Origin: an uncultured virus (IMG/VR IMGVR_UViG_3300030104_003092)
Lineage: Duplodnaviria > Heunggongvirae > Uroviricota > Caudoviricetes
Direction: 5' to 3' (one strand)
Virus record (IMG/VR): IMGVR_UViG_3300030104_003092
DNA: 20,000 nucleotides
Shown: positions 8,193 to 14,105 of the stretch, piece by piece
How the letters are laid out: each line of letters begins with the position of its first letter
How positions within the stretch are numbered: position 1 is the stretch's first letter
Translations under genes and position numbers: made by a program
The notes under the pieces: generated by a model
The model's database searches: none
What the model was told of the DNA's origin: nothing
The model's input: the letters and a program-made list of their open reading frames with translations, nothing else

Positions 8193-10477
8193 TTCTTTAA
8201 TACTTTTGTTGTGTTAGTTCTACCCTCGTATGTTACCTTAAAACTATATACACCCGAAGGTAATAAGCTTACATCTAGTTGGTTTAAGCCTTTATGTGTT
8301 TGATTTGTTTTTATTTTTATAACAAGCTTACCTGTTATATCGTAAGCTTTTATAGATACAGGTCCGTTTGTTAATATGTTTAATACGTTCCCCATAGGGT
8401 TAGGATACATAACTATGTTGTGCCCTCTAAGTAAATCCCTTGTATCTAATGGACTATCTCCACTACAATGCCAATATAGTTGTTGACATTTATCATCCCA
8501 ACTATTATTACAACAATAAGGGTCAACCATAATTACCCAAGAATAACAAGTGTCATTTGACCAGTATGGAATACCAGGGCCACCAACACAACCTGCATCA
8601 TATAAACAATCAGCTTCTGTGTTAGCAAACGCTTCATAATTGTAGGCGTTAACATCCATACAGCCCTCAACAATCATTTCGCATTCATCTTCAGAGTTTG
8701 CAAAAGGGTCATAGTTAAACGCAGAACTATCCATACAGCCATATATAAATGGAACACAACTAAAGTCTTCCGTATTAGCTTCCTCATTATAATTGTATGC
8801 TTCTGGGTCTGTACAGCCAAGAATTGTAGTAAAACAAGCTCCTTCAAGTTCTATATTTGCAACAGGATCATAATTGTCAGCCATAGGGTCCATGCATCCA
8901 AAATATAAACAAGAGCTATCCGATACATTTGCTGCGTCATTAAAATTCCAAGCTACAGGATTCATACAACCATAAACAAAAGATTCGCACTCTTCGTTAT
9001 CTACATTTGCTAAAGAATCATAATTAAAAGCTAACTCGTTGGTACAACCCTCAACTACAGGAATACAATACCCATAATCTGTATTAGCTTCAGGATTGTA
9101 GTTAAAAGCTTCAGGGTCCATACATCCCTCTACTACATCTATACAGTAGTCACCACAGTAGGGTAGTGCTGTGTATACGTTCCAAAATGGTGGCTCAAAA
9201 GGTTGAAGAGCTCCTTGACCATTTAAAGCAAAAGGATTGCTGCCACCTGATATTAATAAGTCTAAATTGTCATTAAACAAGAAAAAAGAGTTATGCATAG
9301 TTTGAAACTCTAACTCTTCTTGTGGGACTTGTGGTGGACCAACTTCAAAGTATCTAATTTGAACAGACATATCTGTTCTTAAGTATAACCACTTAACCTC
9401 TTCATATATTCCAGGACCTAAGGTGTATACACCAATCAAACTATCACCTTGTGTAATAACTAAATGAGAGTCACCCCATCCGTCACCACCATCATCATTA
9501 ATAACTAACCTGTACTCACATACAGGAACTATATCGTTTAGTGTAGCTAAAGAGTCGTAATTAAAAGAAGTCCAGTTTATACAACCCACAACATGTTCTG
9601 TTTGACAACTACCGTCATCTACCTGAGCAAAAGGATTAAACTCCATGTAATTATTATCCATGCACCCATACTCTATTGGAATATCACAATGCTCTAGTTG
9701 TATTACTCCTGAGTATGCTACGGACCCAAAGTTTGCGTCAGGTAGTTCCCATATAACATCAGGGCTACCACAAGGCTCTAAGTCTCCAAGTATAACAAAT
9801 CTACCATCGTCATTTTGATTACCCATAGACCCAACCATACCATCGCCATAAGTATCACTTAGTATAAGTTCTACCCCCGCTTCAGGTACGCATAATTGAT
9901 AAGGTATTGTTGTGTTTGCTTGGTCGTAAGAATACTCTCCAGCTTGAACGCTTTCAACTGGTTGACCTGTAGATATATCGGTAAGAATCCACCCTGTCTC
10001 TCCAGGATATTGATCTAGTGTAACTTCTAATAGCATTTTAGCTTCACCATCGCTACACTCTAAATTAGCACACCCTCCATTGTCTACCTCAGCTAAAGGA
10101 TTGTAGTTTATAGCCTCTGGATCTGTGCAGCCTACTATTGGTAACTCGCATGAGCCATCATCTATGGTAGCTTCAGGAACAAAGTTCCAGGCAATAAAAT
10201 TCATACAGCCATAAATAGTATCTAGTATAGGTAAAGGACAGTCGCCATCATCAAAGTTAAACTCAGGGCAGTTAAAGTAAATATCATTTCCACCCCAAGA
10301 GTAAGCACCGTCATCACAGAATCCATCTCCTACCCAACCTAAAATACCAGACACGTCATTACCAATACAGTCTACAATACTATCTGGAATACTATCTGGA
10401 ATTAATGGTAGGGGTTGAGATTTAACATTTAGGGATATTAAAAATAATATCGGGATGATTTTTTTTAGCATTTCCAT
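8189..10477 (-). CDS. Cys-rich repeat surface protein with T9SS type-A C-terminal sorting domain
   Basis: Signal peptide (likely start ATG 10471, MLKKIIPILFLISLNVKS|Q). LNR-like WVGDGFCDDG..FNCPEFNFDDGDC, 11 GC(T/M)DPxAxNY..A..DDGSC-type repeats, two D.YGDG/DGGDG beta modules, a DPYCC...WD..C module, and a CTD (YPNP...LNI...YDITGKLV...LDVSLLPSGVYSFKV...KVLKK). Confidence 0.88.
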   Translation of the reverse strand: MEMLKKIIPILFLISLNVKSQPLPLIPDSIPDSIVDCIGNDVSGILGWVGDGFCDDGAYSWGGNDIYFNCPEFNFDDGDCPLPILDTIYGCMNFIAWNFVPEATIDDGSCELPIVGCTDPEAINYNPLAEVDNGGCANLECSDGEAKMLLEVTLDQYPGETGWILTDISTGQPVESVQAGEYSYDQANTTIPYQLCVPEAGVELILSDTYGDGMVGSMGNQNDDGRFVILGDLEPCGSPDVIWELPDANFGSVAYSGVIQLEHCDIPIEYGCMDNNYMEFNPFAQVDDGSCQTEHVVGCINWTSFNYDSLATLNDIVPVCEYRLVINDDGGDGWGDSHLVITQGDSLIGVYTLGPGIYEEVKWLYLRTDMSVQIRYFEVGPPQVPQEELEFQTMHNSFFLFNDNLDLLISGGSNPFALNGQGALQPFEPPFWNVYTALPYCGDYCIDVVEGCMDPEAFNYNPEANTDYGYCIPVVEGCTNELAFNYDSLANVDNEECESFVYGCMNPVAWNFNDAANVSDSSCLYFGCMDPMADNYDPVANIELEGACFTTILGCTDPEAYNYNEEANTEDFSCVPFIYGCMDSSAFNYDPFANSEDECEMIVEGCMDVNAYNYEAFANTEADCLYDAGCVGGPGIPYWSNDTCYSWVIMVDPYCCNNSWDDKCQQLYWHCSGDSPLDTRDLLRGHNIVMYPNPMGNVLNILTNGPVSIKAYDITGKLVIKIKTNQTHKGLNQLDVSLLPSGVYSFKVTYEGRTNTTKVLKK

Positions 10478-11004
10478 CGTCTTCGTGCTTGTCGGATTCT
10501 TGAGTTAGGGTCGTTTTGAGTTTTTTGACTGCTACGCTTTAATTGACCTAGTGATCTAGCACAATATGACTTTCGTCTTTTAGCTGATTTACTACCAGGT
10601 TTTACTTTACCAGTTACAGCAGTTTTAAGTTTACTACCAGGATTAGCACGCCTGTAAGCTTTGACACCCTTTTGCGTCATACCAGCTCCAGATTTTGTAG
10701 GTCTAAAGTTCCCAGACTTAATACTAGTCTTTATACCCATACCTTTTTTAGCTTTCTTAACTGCTTTCACCTTTTTCTTTTTATATCTTGACACTCTACC
10801 TTTAGTATCTTTCTCTATTTGAGCTCTACGTTTTTCTCCAGGAGACAGTTCACTCCAAGTAGTAGGTGTATCCTTTGTTATTCTTTTAGTAGGGCGAAAA
10901 GTATTTTCTCCACCCTTGTAACCTTTCTTGCCTTTGGGTGTACGCCAGTCTTCTTTGAACCAACGTTTCAGTCGTAAACCTGCTGCCGTCTTTCTAACTG
11001 CCAT
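10465..11004 (-). CDS. Highly basic two-domain phage protein
   Basis: 179 aa, K/R-rich. N-domain LKRWFKEDW...FRPTKRITKDTPTTWSELS, C-domain GAGMTQKGVKAYRRANPGSKLKTAVT...RRKSYCARS...RRRWKC. I recall both from aquatic phage hypothetical proteins (possibly DUF5872/DUF6321; unverified). Confidence 0.75.
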   Translation of the reverse strand: MAVRKTAAGLRLKRWFKEDWRTPKGKKGYKGGENTFRPTKRITKDTPTTWSELSPGEKRRAQIEKDTKGRVSRYKKKKVKAVKKAKKGMGIKTSIKSGNFRPTKSGAGMTQKGVKAYRRANPGSKLKTAVTGKVKPGSKSAKRRKSYCARSLGQLKRSSQKTQNDPNSRIRQARRRWKC

Positions 11005-11213
11005 TACTTTTTCTTTTTCTTACCACCTTCACCCCAGTTAGCAGCACCTACTTTTCTGCACTTAGCCATAGCACCACTTCTGTAAGCTGAAGTCTTAGGT
11101 CCATATCTAGACACTACCTTGTGATAGCAAGCATCTTTTACAGAGCCACCCTTCTTCATGCTTTTAACTTTTTTCTTTCGTTTTACAGCTTTACAAGTGC
11201 AGTGTTTTTTCAT
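11004..11213 (-). CDS. Small basic phage protein
   Basis: 69 aa with the KDACYHKV.SRY...SAY.SGA..KCRKVGAANWG motif I recall from aquatic phages. One-nt stop/start overlaps on both sides. Confidence 0.75.
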   Translation of the reverse strand: MKKHCTCKAVKRKKKVKSMKKGGSVKDACYHKVVSRYGPKTSAYRSGAMAKCRKVGAANWGEGGKKKKK

Positions 11214-11410
11214 TACGTTCCTACTTTTCTTTGAGCTTTTTTGTGAGATTGTCCAAATGTTGCTCCACCTTTCATAGCTTTAACCATTGCAGCTATATGT
11301 TTTTTAGTGTGATGAACTGAATGTTTTTGAAGTGTTTTTGCCTGTCTTGAAGTAAGACCTTCTGTACTTACACCTTTAACAGGTTTGTTTTTTTTAATTG
11401 CTTTAGCCAT
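11213..11410 (-). CDS. Small basic His-rich phage protein
   Basis: Likely start MAKAIKK at 11410 (the track gives 11428). Motif KHSVHHTKKH...M..G.TF.QSHKKA. Confidence 0.7.
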   Translation of the reverse strand: MAKAIKKNKPVKGVSTEGLTSRQAKTLQKHSVHHTKKHIAAMVKAMKGGATFGQSHKKAQRKVGT

Positions 11411-11414
11411 AATT

Positions 11415-11627
11415 TTATTTTTTTGCAAATTTCTCTACCCCAGAAATACCAAACGAGCCTAACACAACCCACACGAAGGAGTCGTATACAAACTCGTTTA
11501 TTACTAGGTCTGATCCAACCCACCCTGTAACAAGATCAGCTACCATTATCATACACATTATAGCAAAGGCTATAAATCCTACGATAGCTTTCTCGTTCCA
11601 GTTGTTGTCGTTTTTAAAAATCTCCAT
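11415..11627 (-). CDS. Small two-TM membrane protein (holin-like)
   Basis: Likely start MEIFK at 11627. Two hydrophobic helices and the ending GSFGISGVEKFAKK, similar in style to holin C-termini. Confidence 0.6.
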   Translation of the reverse strand: MEIFKNDNNWNEKAIVGFIAFAIMCMIMVADLVTGWVGSDLVINEFVYDSFVWVVLGSFGISGVEKFAKK

Positions 11628-11629
11628 AA

Positions 11630-12322
11630 TTAAGCACACTCAAACCCAAATATTAGGGTTATTGGGTTTATATTATATAGATCTTTATTATTTACTGTTG
11701 CATTTGATAAATTTGCAGTCATAGTCATTTGAGTAGAACTATCTACTGTTTTAACAGTACCCATAGCTCTATCATTCTCATCATGTAAAACATCACCAGC
11801 AGCAAAATTAATTTGAGCAGATGTAGTCTTTACAGTTAGAACAGCTTGACTAGTAGCCTGAACACCATCACATTGAACTGTAGACGTAAAATCAAAAGCA
11901 CCATTTGCAATACCACCAACATATATAGACTCACCACTATCTGCAGCTACAATTAAGTCTGGCTTTGCAGCAGAACTATTTGTTATTGCAAAAGTATCCA
12001 ATCCATCGCCATAATCAGTAGCAAGAATTTTGTGTCCTCCTATTATATTATTGCTAGGAAACATTGATGCTGTAGCATTTATTGTACCTAAAGAGTTTTC
12101 TGAACTCGACTTAGAAAAGACTAAATCTAAAGCAACCTCTTGTCTAGCACCATTTGTACCTCTAACTACAGCAGTAACAGATACTAACCTACTAGTGCCT
12201 CTATCTACAGGAACTTCCGTAAAAGGAAACAATACATCTCCATCTGCAAAAGCTGTATCGTGCATTAAAGATGCTGTTATTGTAGGCTTAACCGTTACTG
12301 AATAAAATTTTCTTCCAGCCAT
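11630..12322 (-). CDS. Hypothetical, probably virion structural/accessory protein
   Basis: 230 aa, rich in T/A/S/V with beta-strand character. First gene after the minus-strand promoter. Confidence 0.6.
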   Translation of the reverse strand: MAGRKFYSVTVKPTITASLMHDTAFADGDVLFPFTEVPVDRGTSRLVSVTAVVRGTNGARQEVALDLVFSKSSSENSLGTINATASMFPSNNIIGGHKILATDYGDGLDTFAITNSSAAKPDLIVAADSGESIYVGGIANGAFDFTSTVQCDGVQATSQAVLTVKTTSAQINFAAGDVLHDENDRAMGTVKTVDSSTQMTMTANLSNATVNNKDLYNINPITLIFGFECA

Positions 12323-12354
12323 TATTTTTTATTTTAAATTTTTTATTTTATACG

Positions 12355-12362
12355 CAAATGTA
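12355..12362 (-). promoter_or_regulatory. Bacteroidota sigma-A -7 element (TACATTTG)
   Basis: The reverse complement of caaatgta matches TAnnTTTG, about 33 nt upstream of the ATG at 12322 with an A-rich leader. No clear -33 element. Confidence 0.65.
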
Positions 12363-12392
12363 ATGATAATTTTTTAATTATAATAAAATTAT

Positions 12393-12400
12393 TATCTTTG
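12393..12400 (+). promoter_or_regulatory. Bacteroidota sigma-A -7 element (TATCTTTG)
   Basis: Exact TAnnTTTG match 20 nt upstream of the ATG at 12421. No clear -33 element. Confidence 0.65.
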
Positions 12401-12420
12401 ACCTAATTTAATCTAAGCTA

Positions 12421-12744
12421 ATGAGGAATTACCTGAAGTATCTAAGTGATACCCTGTACTCCTTCCAAAGAAAGTATGACCTCACAGATAATCAAATGAG
12501 GTTTCTTCTTTTTATAAATGACGAGAAGGAATCTTTTACTAAGAGGTTTGTAAGGGAGAATATGTATGTTAGCAAAAATTTCATAGATAGATTCTTTCCT
12601 GAACTAGTAAAAAGAGACTACGTGTTTGTCTTTGAAAAACGAGCCTGGAACTCAAACCAACCTAACCAGTATCGTGTAACAAGTAAAACTAAAAGGTTGG
12701 TAAACAAATTTTATAACGTCCTTGAAGGGACAGAAGAAATATAA
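12421..12744 (+). CDS. Winged-helix (MarR-like) DNA-binding protein
   Basis: YDLTDNQMRFLLFI...LVKRDYV...YRVTSKTKRLV follows the MarR/wHTH pattern (LT..Q..LL; L...GYV; Y.LT..G). Confidence 0.65.
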   Translation: MRNYLKYLSDTLYSFQRKYDLTDNQMRFLLFINDEKESFTKRFVRENMYVSKNFIDRFFPELVKRDYVFVFEKRAWNSNQPNQYRVTSKTKRLVNKFYNVLEGTEEI

Positions 12745-12746
12745 AA

Positions 12747-14099
12747 ATGGCAAAAACAACTCCAAGATTTAATAAAAGTACAGGGCTTTTTGGAATGGGC
12801 GGTGGAAAAAGAAAAGGTGCTAAAAGTAAAATGCGTCAATTTTTAGATGACTTAAAAGGAAGTAAGAATAAAAAAATAATAAAGTCTTCTAAAAAAGCAA
12901 ACAAGTCTCGTGTGAAAACCATGAAAAAACAACTTAAACAAGAGTTAAAAGATCAGGGTATGAAGGGGAGATTTGCTAGACAAACAGCAAAAGTTACTGC
13001 TCCTATAATAGTTCAAAAACAAAAAGAAGAAACACTTGCTAATAAAATAAAAGCAAAAGAAGTAGCAAAACAAGAAATGCTTCAAAGACAAAAAGAAGTT
13101 ACAAAACAAAAAGCAGAATCTCAAAAAAATACTACTCCTACACCTTCACAAGGGCAATCAAATGCAAGATCAATCCAAAAAGAAAATGAACGTATTCGTC
13201 AAAACCAACAGGCAAGAAGAGATGCTAGTGCAGAAGGTAGTGCTTATAAAATTACAATGCGAGATGGCTCAATAAAAAATGTACTTGCAAGAAAGCCAGG
13301 TGAGTCTGATGCAGACTTTAAAAAAAGATTTACAGAAATGCATGAAGCTTCCAAAAAAACAAAATCAGCTAAACATGGTGGTGCTCTAGCAATTATGATT
13401 GCACCTGTAAAATCAAAAAAAATGAAAGCAGTAAAAAAAGCACCAGGTGGTGGTGCAATGAAAAAAATGCAAACTTACAAAAAAGGTGGAGCATTAAAAG
13501 CAGTACCATCAGATGCTAAAGGTTTATCTAAACTACCAACAAGTGTGCGAAACAAAATGGGGTACATGAAAAATGGTGGTAAAGTTACTGGTCCAGATAA
13601 GAAAAAGAAAAGTGTAGTTACTGTAGATCAAGACTTAAAAGATTTAGGTAACGCATTAAAAGAGGGTGTGAAAATGATTACTATTCCTGGTTATGGAGCT
13701 ATGAAGCTTGCAGAGTACCTTAGAAAAAGAAAACAAGGAATGAGTAAAGCTGATATAGTTAAAACAAAGAGTGATGGTGCAGAAGCAAAACAGGAGATGG
13801 CTAAAATGGGAAATATGAAAAGAATGGTTGAAAAGCCAACTATGAAAAGAATGGTTGAAAAGCCAACTATGAAAAGAACCATGACCAAGCTTGTTAAAAA
13901 GAAAGATAAAAAAATATCACTACCTAAAAAGACCGTAAGTAAAATAGATCCTCCAAAAGAAATTAAACTTAAAGGTCGTAAGATGATGTACGGTGGTTCT
14001 ATGAAAAAAGCTATGTATGGAGCTAAGATGAAGAAAAAAGCAATGTACGGTGCGAAAATGAAGAAGAAAGCAATGTACGGTGCTAAAATGAAAAAGTAA
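12747..14099 (+). CDS. Lys-rich low-complexity protein with recurrent xxGG/YGA motifs (candidate internal virion/DNA-condensing protein)
   Basis: 450 aa, very rich in K and M. Motifs AKHGG, APGGG, YKKGG, MKNGG, MMYGG and 3x AMYGAKMKK(K). Confidence 0.65.
   Translation: MAKTTPRFNKSTGLFGMGGGKRKGAKSKMRQFLDDLKGSKNKKIIKSSKKANKSRVKTMKKQLKQELKDQGMKGRFARQTAKVTAPIIVQKQKEETLANKIKAKEVAKQEMLQRQKEVTKQKAESQKNTTPTPSQGQSNARSIQKENERIRQNQQARRDASAEGSAYKITMRDGSIKNVLARKPGESDADFKKRFTEMHEASKKTKSAKHGGALAIMIAPVKSKKMKAVKKAPGGGAMKKMQTYKKGGALKAVPSDAKGLSKLPTSVRNKMGYMKNGGKVTGPDKKKKSVVTVDQDLKDLGNALKEGVKMITIPGYGAMKLAEYLRKRKQGMSKADIVKTKSDGAEAKQEMAKMGNMKRMVEKPTMKRMVEKPTMKRTMTKLVKKKDKKISLPKKTVSKIDPPKEIKLKGRKMMYGGSMKKAMYGAKMKKKAMYGAKMKKKAMYGAKMKK
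13814..13878 (+). repeat. Exact 27-bp tandem repeat (2.4 copies; MKRMVEKPT)
   Basis: tatgaaaagaatggttgaaaagccaac at 13814 and 13841, with a partial copy at 13868. Confidence 0.95.
14010..14096 (+). repeat. 30-bp coding tandem repeat (3 copies; AMYGAKMKKK)
   Basis: Units start at 14010, 14040 and 14070. The peptide is identical and the nucleotide differences are synonymous; the last unit is cut by the stop codon. Confidence 0.95.
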
Positions 14100-14105
14100 A
14101 TCTAA

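Noticed and set aside
13814..14096. CRISPR-like or mini-array
   Set aside because: The repeats are head-to-tail with no spacers, are multiples of 3, and lie in a coding frame.
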